A stretch of 38,731 nt of DNA from Gemmatimonadales bacterium (lineage in GTDB: Bacteria > Gemmatimonadota > Gemmatimonadetes > Gemmatimonadales > JACORV01). Within the stretch, counting starts at the first letter, position 1, and the number at the start of each line of letters is the position of its first letter. Location: NCBI GenBank assembly GCA_050012655.1, contig JBEKGT010000001.1, forward strand, positions 1 through 38,731, in the 5' to 3' direction. Under the pieces are notes generated by a model. It did no database searches, was not told where the DNA came from, and saw only the letters and a list, made by a program, of their open reading frames with translations. Below are positions 1 to 8,121 of this stretch, piece by piece. Made by a program: the position numbers and the translations under genes.

Positions 1-242
1 AGGGGATCCTCGGATGGGGGCGGCGCGCGACGTCTTTGCCCCTAGCCCGGGACGTCCGGCACCGCCACGCTCCCGCCCCGGTGAGGGAACGGACAGGATG
101 GAGGCGGGCGGGAATCCTCTCGGCACCCTACTGACGCACGTGGGATCGTGCTGCCGCGACCCGGCCGTCCGCACCGACAGGCAGGCCACTGCATCAACGG
201 GGGTCGTGGCGAGGGTGGATCCCCCGCTCTGGCGTCGCGCCC

Positions 243-2693
243 CTACCTCCCCCGCACCGCCTCCAGCGCCGACATCCGGTGCGGGCCGGGGTAGGGCACG
301 CCCTCGCCCTTCACCGCCATCCAGATCACCCGGCTGAAGACGTCGTCGTCGATGGCGTCGGCCCGCGAGAGGTCGAACCGCCGCGACTCGAGCGCCGCGC
401 GCGTGCGCGGCGCGTTCACCTCGTCGAGGGACTGCCGCGGCGTGATGGCGTCGAAGGGCCGCGTATCGGCGACGTCCGACCAGATCTCCCGCAGCGGCCG
501 CCCAAAGTTGTCGAAGTGCGACAGCGACGCGAGGCCGAGGATCTCCTCCATCGTCCGGAGGACGTCCGTGGTGTTCGCGAACCGGTGCGAGACGCCACCC
601 CGGTTCCACGCCGAGATCACGAGGAGGGGCGAGCGGTGGCTGTCCACGTGGTCGGGGCCGTTCTGGGCGTCGTCCTCGAGCACGAACACCACGGTGTTCC
701 GCCAGAACGGGCTGCGGGAGAGCGCGGCGACCATCCGGCCCAGGGCGAGGTCGTTGTCGGCCACCATCGCCTTGGGTGTGTTCCAGCCGGCGGCGCCCCC
801 CGAGGTATGATCCCGAGGGAGGTGGATCGTCTGCAGGGCCGGCATCTCGCCCGCGGCGGCCCAACGCTGGAGCTGCGCCAGCCAGATGTCGGCGCGGTGC
901 TGGTCGCGGATCGCCAGGTCGAACCACGGGAACGTCGTGTCGGTGTTCGCCGCGAGGAACGGCTTCGTGCCGCGGTAGACGCTCGGGGCGCCGTTCCGCC
1001 CGCGCTCCTCCAGCGTGAACTCGCCGAAGTTGCGGAAGGTGATGTGGGCGCGCTGGGCGAGGTCCCAGAGGTAGCCATTCGCCGGCGAGGCGACGTCGTC
1101 GTCGGGGATGCGCCCCTTCTGCGAGCCCTCGTAGTCGTAAGAGCGCCCGCGGCCGGAGTACTGCGTCGGCACCGTCTTCTGGGTGTAGTCGGTGGCGTAC
1201 GCCGCCGTGGACCAGTTGTGCCCATCGGCGCTCACCTCGGCGTTCACGAAGAAGCGGTCGAAGGTCCCGAACCGCTCGGCGATCGCGTGCGCGTTGGGTG
1301 TCACCGCGCGGCCGAAGAGAGTGAGCGCCGTGTCGCCGTCGGCCTGCGGGAGGTCGCCAAGCACCTGATCGTAGGTGCGGTTCTCGCGGATGATGTAGAT
1401 GACATGGGTGAAAGCCGGGTACCGCTTACCGCGCACCGTGGACCTGGTCCAGCCGTTGGCGCGCGCCACGCGCGCCGAGTACCCGGCCAGCTCGGCGCGG
1501 CCGGCGCGGGCGGCGGGGATGATGCTCAGCGAGCCGGTCACTTGGCCCAGTGTGTAGGTGGTCGGGACGGTCCGCCGGCCGGGGAACGGGCCGTCGGGGT
1601 TCGGACCCGCGCCGCGTCCCTTGCCGTTCACCACCATCAGCGTGTCGCCCAGCGCGGCGAGCGCCGTCGGGAACCACTCCGTGGGCACGCGCCCGGCGAG
1701 CTTGTCATCGCCGCGGGCCGCGGTCACGCCGGAGAGGCTCGCCGAGAGGTCGAAGACCGCCACGGCGTTCGCGTCGGACTCCGCGACGAACAGCCGCGTG
1801 TCGTCGCCGGAGAGGGCGAGGGCGTTCGGTGTGGCCCCCTCGTCGGGGCCGGCCGGGGGCGGATCGCGCAGCTCGCCGATGACCCGGCGCGCACGGGTGT
1901 CCACCACGGCGATGCGGTCGGTGCTGCCGGAGGCGACGAAGAGCCGCCGGCCATCAGCCGTCAGCAGGAGCGCGGACGGGTGGCGCCCCGCGGCGATCGC
2001 GCTCGCCGACGCGAGGCGGCCGTCGGCGGAGCGCTGGTAGACGGAGAGCGTGTTCGCGCCCCAGTTGGATACGAAGACCGTCCCGTCGGGCGTGATCGCG
2101 ACGGCGTAGGGATACGGTCCGGTCGGAAGGCGCTGGACGACGCGGCGGCTCGCCACGTCCACCACCGCCAGCGAGTCGGCGAGGTTCTCGGCGACGTACA
2201 GCTGCCGGCCGTCGGCGCTCAAGGCGAATCCCGCCGGGTAGCTGGTGCCGTCGCTGTCGGGTGCCGTCGCGCGTAGCGGGATGCTGTCGGCGAGCGCGGC
2301 GGAGTCCGCCGCCCATCGGTACGCGTAGACCAGGTCGCGGTTCCCGCCGGAGGCGTAGAGCGTCCGCCCGTCGGGGGAGAAGGCAAGGCCGATGAACGCG
2401 GCGGGCTGGATCAGCCTCTGCCGCACCACGCCGTCGCGATCCACCACCTGGATCCCCTGCTCGAGGTAGCCGTTCATCAGCAGGACGAGGCGGCGCGCGC
2501 CGGGGGCGGTGGCCAGCGCGAGCGGCATCGAGCCGATGTTCCGCACCGCGCCCGCCGGGTCGAGGTACTGGCCGGTGGGGAGGCGCGGCAGGAGCGTCGA
2601 GCTGGTCGTGCCGACGCGATCGCCCTGTGGAGTGGAAGCGTGGCACGCCGCGAGGGCGAGTAGGGAAGCGATGAAAAGCGGGCCGGTGCGCAC
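243..2693 (-). CDS. Secreted lipoprotein with an N-terminal YncE/lactonase-like beta-propeller fused to a C-terminal phosphoesterase-family domain (phospholipase C / AcpA acid phosphatase type)
   Basis: I trimmed ORF 243..2915 to the GTG at 2693, which has GGAGG about 9 nt upstream. This start gives a lipoprotein-like signal, VRTGPLFIASLLALAAC. The N-terminal half has repeated propeller blades (LYVAENLADSLAVVD, LFVASGSTDRIAVVD, LFVAESDANAVAVFD). The C-terminal half has phosphoesterase motifs IIRENRTYDQVLGD and EDDAQNGPDHVDSHRSP. Confidence 0.8.
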   Translation of the reverse strand: MRTGPLFIASLLALAACHASTPQGDRVGTTSSTLLPRLPTGQYLDPAGAVRNIGSMPLALATAPGARRLVLLMNGYLEQGIQVVDRDGVVRQRLIQPAAFIGLAFSPDGRTLYASGGNRDLVYAYRWAADSAALADSIPLRATAPDSDGTSYPAGFALSADGRQLYVAENLADSLAVVDVASRRVVQRLPTGPYPYAVAITPDGTVFVSNWGANTLSVYQRSADGRLASASAIAAGRHPSALLLTADGRRLFVASGSTDRIAVVDTRARRVIGELRDPPPAGPDEGATPNALALSGDDTRLFVAESDANAVAVFDLSASLSGVTAARGDDKLAGRVPTEWFPTALAALGDTLMVVNGKGRGAGPNPDGPFPGRRTVPTTYTLGQVTGSLSIIPAARAGRAELAGYSARVARANGWTRSTVRGKRYPAFTHVIYIIRENRTYDQVLGDLPQADGDTALTLFGRAVTPNAHAIAERFGTFDRFFVNAEVSADGHNWSTAAYATDYTQKTVPTQYSGRGRSYDYEGSQKGRIPDDDVASPANGYLWDLAQRAHITFRNFGEFTLEERGRNGAPSVYRGTKPFLAANTDTTFPWFDLAIRDQHRADIWLAQLQRWAAAGEMPALQTIHLPRDHTSGGAAGWNTPKAMVADNDLALGRMVAALSRSPFWRNTVVFVLEDDAQNGPDHVDSHRSPLLVISAWNRGGVSHRFANTTDVLRTMEEILGLASLSHFDNFGRPLREIWSDVADTRPFDAITPRQSLDEVNAPRTRAALESRRFDLSRADAIDDDVFSRVIWMAVKGEGVPYPGPHRMSALEAVRGR

Positions 2694-2843
2694 GGGGAGG
2701 ACCTCCGTCGGGTGCTCGAATATACCGCGGCCGCCCGCTCTGGCGCGCGGCGCCGCCGAGGAGGCATCTTCGGGAGGCCTACCGACGCACCGATGCGCGG
2801 CGGACGGGCGGATAGACGCGAGGACCACCACGGAGGGCAGTTC

Positions 2844-3488
2844 ATGCGAGTCGGCATCCTCGGGACGGGCGACGTGGGGCGTGCGCTGGGCAAGGGCTTC
2901 GCGACCAGGGGGCACGAGGTGAAGATGGGCTCCCGCGACGGAAGGAACCCGAAGCTCGCGGAGTTCGTGAAGCAGGCGGGGCCGAAGGCGTCAGGGGGCA
3001 CCTTCGCCGAGGCCGCCGCGTTCGGCGAGGTGGTCGTCCTCGCCACGCTATGGAGCGGCACCGAGAGCGCACTGAAGTTCGCCGGCGCGAAGAACCTCGC
3101 CGGCAAGGTGGTGATGGACGCCACCAACCCTCTCGTCTTCGCCCCGGGTGCGCCCCCGGCGCTCGAGCGCGGCTGGAACGACTCCGCCGGCGAGCAGGTG
3201 CAGCGCTGGCTCCCCGACGCGAAGGTCGTGAAGGTCTACAACACTGTCGGCAATGCCCACATGGTGGATCCGCAGTTCCCCGGCGGCCCCCCCGACATGT
3301 TCATCTGCGGGAACGACGCCGGTGCCAAGGCCACCGTGACGAAGATCTGCGCCGACTTCGGCTGGCCCACGGTGGACATCGGCGGGATCGAGGGGAGCCG
3401 CCTGTTGGAGCCGCTCTGCGTCCTGTGGGTGCTCTACGGCATCCGCACGGGCGGGTGGAACCACGCCTACAAAATGCTCCACAGGTAG
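2844..3488 (+). CDS. NAD(P)-binding oxidoreductase (NADPH-dependent F420 reductase / pyrroline-5-carboxylate reductase-like family)
   Basis: ATG at 2844 is preceded by GGAGGG. The N-terminus has a Rossmann motif, MRVGILGTGDVGRALGKGFATRGHEV. The region upstream of 2844 in the track ORF is Arg-rich junk. Confidence 0.75.
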   Translation: MRVGILGTGDVGRALGKGFATRGHEVKMGSRDGRNPKLAEFVKQAGPKASGGTFAEAAAFGEVVVLATLWSGTESALKFAGAKNLAGKVVMDATNPLVFAPGAPPALERGWNDSAGEQVQRWLPDAKVVKVYNTVGNAHMVDPQFPGGPPDMFICGNDAGAKATVTKICADFGWPTVDIGGIEGSRLLEPLCVLWVLYGIRTGGWNHAYKMLHR

Positions 3489-3489
3489 T

Positions 3490-4641
3490 GTGCCGGTGGA
3501 GAGACCGCGCGTGACACCCGTGCTCCTCCTCGCCGCGGTGGCGGGGGCGGCGCTCCTCGCAGCGCTTGCGATCACGCCCCTCGCGTACGCGCAGCGCCCG
3601 GGAGCAGCCACAGGGGCCGGCGGCGCGCGTCCCGTGCGCGCCACCGAAGCGCGGCGCCTCGTGGACTCCCTCCTCGCCGACTACGCCAAGCCCGGCGCGC
3701 CCGGCGCGAGCGTCGTCGTGGTGAGCGGAGGCCGCGTCCTCTTCGAGCGCGCCTATGGCCTCGCCGATGTGGAGTCGAAAGTCCGCGCCACGACGCGCAC
3801 CGGTTACCGCCTCGCTTCCCTCTCCAAGGAGTTCACTGCGACGGCGGTGATGATCCTCGCCGAGGAGGGGAAGCTCTCCTTCGACGACCCCGTCTCGCAC
3901 TGGCTGCCGCAGCTGCCGGCCTACGCGCGCGGCATCACGATCCGCCACCTCCTGAACCACACTTCCGGCGTGTGGGCGTACGAGGACTTCGTCCCCGACA
4001 GCCAGACATATCAGGTGAAGGACCGCGACGTCCTCCAGCTCATCTCCCGCGCCGACTCGCTCTACTTCCCGCCCGGCACGGCGTACCGCTACAGCAACAC
4101 CGGCTATGCGCTGCTCGCGCTCGTCGTCGAGGCGGCGTCGGGGATGCCCTTCGCGCGATTCATGAGAGAAAGGGTCTTCATTCCCGCAGGGATGCGGAAC
4201 ACGGTCGCCTACGAGGCGGGCGTCTCCACCGTGCCGCGGCGCGCGTACGGCCACGCGGCCGAGGGTGCGCGTTGGGTGAGAGCCGACCAGAGCAACACCA
4301 GCGCGGTCCTCGGCGACGGCGGCATCTACACCTCAGTGGACGACCTGGTGCGGTGGAGCCGCACCATCTTCGGGAACCGCCTCGTTCGCGCCGCCACCCA
4401 TCAGCTCGCCTGGACCTCCGCCACCCTCGCCAACGGCCAGAGCGCCGGCTACGGATTCGGGTGGTTCGTGGAGCGCGACGCGCACGGTCTCAGGCTCTGG
4501 CATCACGGCGAGACGCGAGGGTTCACCAACGGCATCGTGCTCTATCCCGAGCAACGCCTGATGGTCGTGGTCCTCACCAACCGGCTCGGCGGGATGCCGT
4601 GGGACGTCGCGCAGCGCATCGCGGAGCTGTACCTGCCGTGA
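3490..4641 (+). CDS. Secreted serine hydrolase, class C beta-lactamase / penicillin-binding-protein-like family
   Basis: It has a hydrophobic signal peptide ending AYAQ, the SxxK motif SLSKEF and the YxN motif YRYSNTGY. The start could be GTG 3490 or GTG 3511. Confidence 0.85.
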   Translation: MPVERPRVTPVLLLAAVAGAALLAALAITPLAYAQRPGAATGAGGARPVRATEARRLVDSLLADYAKPGAPGASVVVVSGGRVLFERAYGLADVESKVRATTRTGYRLASLSKEFTATAVMILAEEGKLSFDDPVSHWLPQLPAYARGITIRHLLNHTSGVWAYEDFVPDSQTYQVKDRDVLQLISRADSLYFPPGTAYRYSNTGYALLALVVEAASGMPFARFMRERVFIPAGMRNTVAYEAGVSTVPRRAYGHAAEGARWVRADQSNTSAVLGDGGIYTSVDDLVRWSRTIFGNRLVRAATHQLAWTSATLANGQSAGYGFGWFVERDAHGLRLWHHGETRGFTNGIVLYPEQRLMVVVLTNRLGGMPWDVAQRIAELYLP

Positions 4642-4668
4642 GGGTCCGTGTCGGATCGTGGCGGGCGC

Positions 4669-4697
4669 GGCGTCGCGGGGCCGGCCGGCGCGACGCC
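4669..4697 (+). terminator. GC-rich hairpin downstream of the serine hydrolase gene (candidate intrinsic terminator, no U-tract)
   Basis: GGCGTCGCG (4669-4677) pairs perfectly with CGCGACGCC (4689-4697) around an 11-nt loop. It begins 28 nt after the stop at 4639-4641. Confidence 0.4.
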
Positions 4698-4803
4698 CTC
4701 CGGCTGCCCGCTGCGCTCGCAGAGTCGGGCATCGCGCCGGCCAACCCCGCTCCTGGCGCCCGCCGCATCGCCAGGCCTCGCGCGTCTGCCCTGGAGCGGT
4801 GAC

Positions 4804-6963
4804 GTGCCGCCCCGCCGTTTCGCTTCTGTTCTCGCCGCCATCGCCCTCGCGCGCTTCGGTCCGATGACCTCCGCCCAGAATCCCCCCGCCGTCGCGTCCG
4901 CGCCCGCACGGGCCGCCGTGGCCGCCTTCGCGCCGACGCACCACCTGATGCCGGTGCCCGCGTCGGTCCGGTGGGGCGAGGGCCGCCTGCGGCTCGACAG
5001 CACGTTCGGGGTCGCCGTGCTTGGATACCGGGACGCGCGGCTCACGGGAGCGGTGTACCGGATGATCCGCCGCCTCGAAGCGCGGGTGGGCGTGACGCTC
5101 ACGCACCAGCCCGCGGGGGCTGCTCCGCGAGGTCGGGGAGGTGCGACGGAGCACCCCACTGCCGCACTCGTATTCGTGGCTGACACCTCCCGCGCGGCGC
5201 TCGTGGTCGAGGCGCAGAGCCCTGGCCAGGCGGTGCAGACGGAGACGGAGGACGAGTCGTACTCTCTCGACGTCTCGCCCACGCGGGCGACAATCCGTGC
5301 GTCGACGGTCGTGGGCGTGATCCGCGGCCTCGAGACGTTCCTCCAGTTGCTGGAGGGGGACCGCTCGGGCTTCTCCCTGCCCGTCGTGGCGATCCAGGAC
5401 CGCCCGCGCTTCCCGTGGCGGGGCATCTTGATAGACGTGGGCCGCCACTTCGAGCCCGTGGAGGTCATTGAGCGCAACCTCGACGCGATGGCTGCGGTGA
5501 AGCTCAACGTCCTCCACTGGCACCTCTCGGATGACCAGGGCTTCCGCGTCGAGAGCCGCCGCTTCCCCAAGCTCCAAGAGCTGGCCTCCGACGGCCTCTT
5601 CTACACCCAGGCCGAGGTCCGCGCAGTCGTCGCCTATGCGCGGGACCGCGGCATCCGCGTGGTGCCGGAGTTCGATGTGCCGGGACACTCGACCTCGTGG
5701 TTCGTGGCCTACCCGGAGTACGCGAGCGCGCCGGGTCCCTTCGCGATTGAGCGGCAGTTCGGCGTCTTCGACCCGACTTTCGACCCCACCAACGAGCGGG
5801 TGTACCGCTTCCTCGACCGCTTCATCGGCGAGATGGCGGCCCTCTTCCCCGACCCGTACTGGCACGTGGGCGGCGACGAGAACAGCGGCGTCGAGTGGAG
5901 CGCCAACCCGCGCATCCAGGCGTTCAAGGCGGCGCACGGCTTCGCGAAGAACGAGGCGCTCCAGACCTACTTCAACCAGCGCCTCCTCCCCATCCTCGCG
6001 AGGCACGGCAAGCGGATGGTCGGATGGGACGAGATCCTGGAGCCGGGGCTCCCCACCACGTCGCTGATCCAGTCGTGGCGCGGCCGCGCCTCCCTCGACA
6101 CCGCCGCGCACCGCGGCTACGCCGCCATCCTCTCCTCGGGCTACTACCTCGATCATCAGCGCACCGCCGAGTACCACTACGCGGTGGATCCCCTCCCGGC
6201 GAACAGCACCCTGGGCCCCGAGGAAGCGGCGCGCATCCTTGGCGGCGAGGCGTGCATGTGGGGGGAGCACGTCGGCCCGGAGACCATTGACTCGCGCATC
6301 TGGCCGCGGGCGGCGGCGATCGCCGAGCGGCTCTGGTCGCCGAAGGAAGTGACGGACGTGGGCGATATGTACCGCCGGCTCGCGGTGGTGAGCGACGCGC
6401 TGGAGGAGGTCGGCGTCACGCACGCGTCGCACACCGGCCGGATGCTGCGGCGCCTCGCGGGCAGCGTGGACATTACGCCCCTCGCAGAGTTTCTGGAGTA
6501 CGCGCAGCCGGCGTATTTCGGCGAGCGGAGCCAGCTCCAGCAGACGACCCAGCTCACGCCGCTCACCCACCTGGTGGACGCCGCGCGCCCCGACCCCCTC
6601 TCGCGCTGGCGCATCGGTGCGCTGGTGGATTCCTTCCTCGCCGACCCACGGCAAGCGGCGGGCCGCACGGTGCTCGCGGGGATGTTCGAGGAGTGGGGGA
6701 GCATCCTCCCGCGGCTCCAGGCCGCGGCCGACTCGTCACCGTTGGCGGCGGAGGCGTTCCCCGCGGCCGTTGTGCTGGCGGACCTGGGGAGCGCCGGGCT
6801 CGAGGCCCTCACCTTCCTCGGCGGCGGCGCCGCGTCTCCGGACGGCTGGCTGGCGCGGGTCACGCCCGTCCTCGACCGCGCCGAAGGGCCCCTCGGCCTG
6901 CTGCGGCTCCCCTTCGCGCCGGCACTGCGGCGGCTGATCGCCGCGGCTGGCCAGCAGCACTAG
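4804..6963 (+). CDS. Glycoside hydrolase family 20 beta-N-acetylhexosaminidase (secreted)
   Basis: GH20 motifs are present: RFPWRGILIDVGRHF, LNVLHWHLSDDQGFR, VPEFDVPGHS and HVGGDE (catalytic D-E pair). I set the start at GTG 4804, which has GGAG 7 nt upstream and gives the signal-like sequence PPRRFASVLAAIALARF. The longer track ORF (4648..) would contain the hairpin at 4669-4697. The start is uncertain between 4648 and 4864. Confidence 0.85.
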   Translation: MPPRRFASVLAAIALARFGPMTSAQNPPAVASAPARAAVAAFAPTHHLMPVPASVRWGEGRLRLDSTFGVAVLGYRDARLTGAVYRMIRRLEARVGVTLTHQPAGAAPRGRGGATEHPTAALVFVADTSRAALVVEAQSPGQAVQTETEDESYSLDVSPTRATIRASTVVGVIRGLETFLQLLEGDRSGFSLPVVAIQDRPRFPWRGILIDVGRHFEPVEVIERNLDAMAAVKLNVLHWHLSDDQGFRVESRRFPKLQELASDGLFYTQAEVRAVVAYARDRGIRVVPEFDVPGHSTSWFVAYPEYASAPGPFAIERQFGVFDPTFDPTNERVYRFLDRFIGEMAALFPDPYWHVGGDENSGVEWSANPRIQAFKAAHGFAKNEALQTYFNQRLLPILARHGKRMVGWDEILEPGLPTTSLIQSWRGRASLDTAAHRGYAAILSSGYYLDHQRTAEYHYAVDPLPANSTLGPEEAARILGGEACMWGEHVGPETIDSRIWPRAAAIAERLWSPKEVTDVGDMYRRLAVVSDALEEVGVTHASHTGRMLRRLAGSVDITPLAEFLEYAQPAYFGERSQLQQTTQLTPLTHLVDAARPDPLSRWRIGALVDSFLADPRQAAGRTVLAGMFEEWGSILPRLQAAADSSPLAAEAFPAAVVLADLGSAGLEALTFLGGGAASPDGWLARVTPVLDRAEGPLGLLRLPFAPALRRLIAAAGQQH

Positions 6964-6972
6964 GAGGCGACC

Positions 6973-8121
6973 ATGCGTCAGCGTCTCGCCGCGGTCCTCG
7001 CTCTCGCCCTCGCCGTTTCGGCGGTGGGGACCACCTGCAGGCTGGCGCCGCGGCACGCCGCGCATCTGCCGGGTCAGTCGGCGGAGTTCGTGCCCCCCGA
7101 GCCGATCATCCCCTGGGCACCGCGGCACTACATCGCCTACCGCGCCGACAAGCCCATCACGGTGGACGGCCGTCTCGACGAGGCCGCCTGGCAGGCCGTC
7201 CCTTGGACCGACGACTTCGTGGACATCGAGGGCCCCTCGAAGCCGGTGCCGAGGTTCCGGACCCGCGCCAAGATGCTGTGGGACTCCACGAACCTCTACA
7301 TCGGCGCTGAGCTGACGGACCCCGACGTCTGGGCGACGATCACCGAACGCGACGCCGTCATCTTCCGCGACAACGACTTCGAGATCTTCATCGATCCCAA
7401 CGGCGACACGGAGTCGTACTACGAACTCGAGGTCAACGCCCTCGGCACCGCCTGGGACCTGTTCCTCCCCAAGGCGTACCGCGACGAGGGCCACGCGATG
7501 AACGGCTGGGACATCCACGGCCTGCGGGTCGGCGTGCGGGTGGATGGCACCCTGAATCACCCCGGCGACGTGGACCGCGGCTGGACGGTGGAGCTGGCCC
7601 TCCCCTGGGCCGCGCTCCGCGACGCGGCGAACACCGCCTCGCCCCCGAAGCCCGGTGACCAGTGGCGGATGAACTTCTCGCGTGTGGAGTGGAAGACGCG
7701 CGTGGATCGCGGCCGCTACGCCAAGCTCACCGACCCCGCGACCGGGAAGCCCCTCCCCGAGGACAACTGGCTGTGGACGCCGCAGGGGGTCGTGAACGTC
7801 CACTACCCCGAGATGTGGGGCTTCGTGCAGTTCTCCTCGCGTGTCGCCGGGCAAGGCACCGACCTCTTCGCCGCCCATCCGGAGGACGCGCTCAAGTGGA
7901 TGCTCCGCGTCCTCTACTACCGCGAGCGCGCCTTCCACGCCGCCCACGGCTTCTGGACCGACGACCTCGCCAAGCTCCGCCTCGCGGCGCCGCCCCTCCC
8001 CGGCCGGCCGTGGCCGCCCCTCATCGCCGTGACGCCGTCGCTCTACGAGGCGTCGCTCGCGGTCCCCGGCGGCGGGCGCGTCATCCTCACTTCCGATGGG
8101 GCCGTCGAGGCCTTCCGGTGA
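6973..8121 (+). CDS. Secreted carbohydrate-binding family 9 (CBM9/DOMON)-like protein
   Basis: ATG at 6973 has AGGAGG 6 nt upstream and is followed by a signal peptide. The stretch WTDDFVDIEG...RTRAKMLWDSTNLYIGAEL...RDNDFEIFIDPNGDTESYYELEVNALGTAWDLFL is typical of CBM9-like domains. The last ~110 aa have no recognisable family. Confidence 0.65.
   Translation: MRQRLAAVLALALAVSAVGTTCRLAPRHAAHLPGQSAEFVPPEPIIPWAPRHYIAYRADKPITVDGRLDEAAWQAVPWTDDFVDIEGPSKPVPRFRTRAKMLWDSTNLYIGAELTDPDVWATITERDAVIFRDNDFEIFIDPNGDTESYYELEVNALGTAWDLFLPKAYRDEGHAMNGWDIHGLRVGVRVDGTLNHPGDVDRGWTVELALPWAALRDAANTASPPKPGDQWRMNFSRVEWKTRVDRGRYAKLTDPATGKPLPEDNWLWTPQGVVNVHYPEMWGFVQFSSRVAGQGTDLFAAHPEDALKWMLRVLYYRERAFHAAHGFWTDDLAKLRLAAPPLPGRPWPPLIAVTPSLYEASLAVPGGGRVILTSDGAVEAFR

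Noticed and set aside
1-242. ORF 14..337 and the possible end of a gene at the left edge of the window.
   Set aside because: The ORF is Pro/Arg/Gly-rich, overlaps the 3' end of the phosphoesterase gene and has no motif. Nothing can be supported in the first 242 nt.
279-2276. A 665-aa plus-strand ORF antisense to the propeller/phosphoesterase gene.
   Set aside because: Its composition is Arg/Gly/Ala/Pro/Val-dominated with no recognisable motifs, which is typical of the open antisense frame in ~70% GC DNA. The opposite strand carries clear family motifs.
4333-6654. A 773-aa minus-strand ORF across the serine hydrolase end and the GH20 gene.
   Set aside because: It lies antisense to two genes with strong motifs. 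It is a low-complexity Arg/Gly/Ala-rich translation with no start context.
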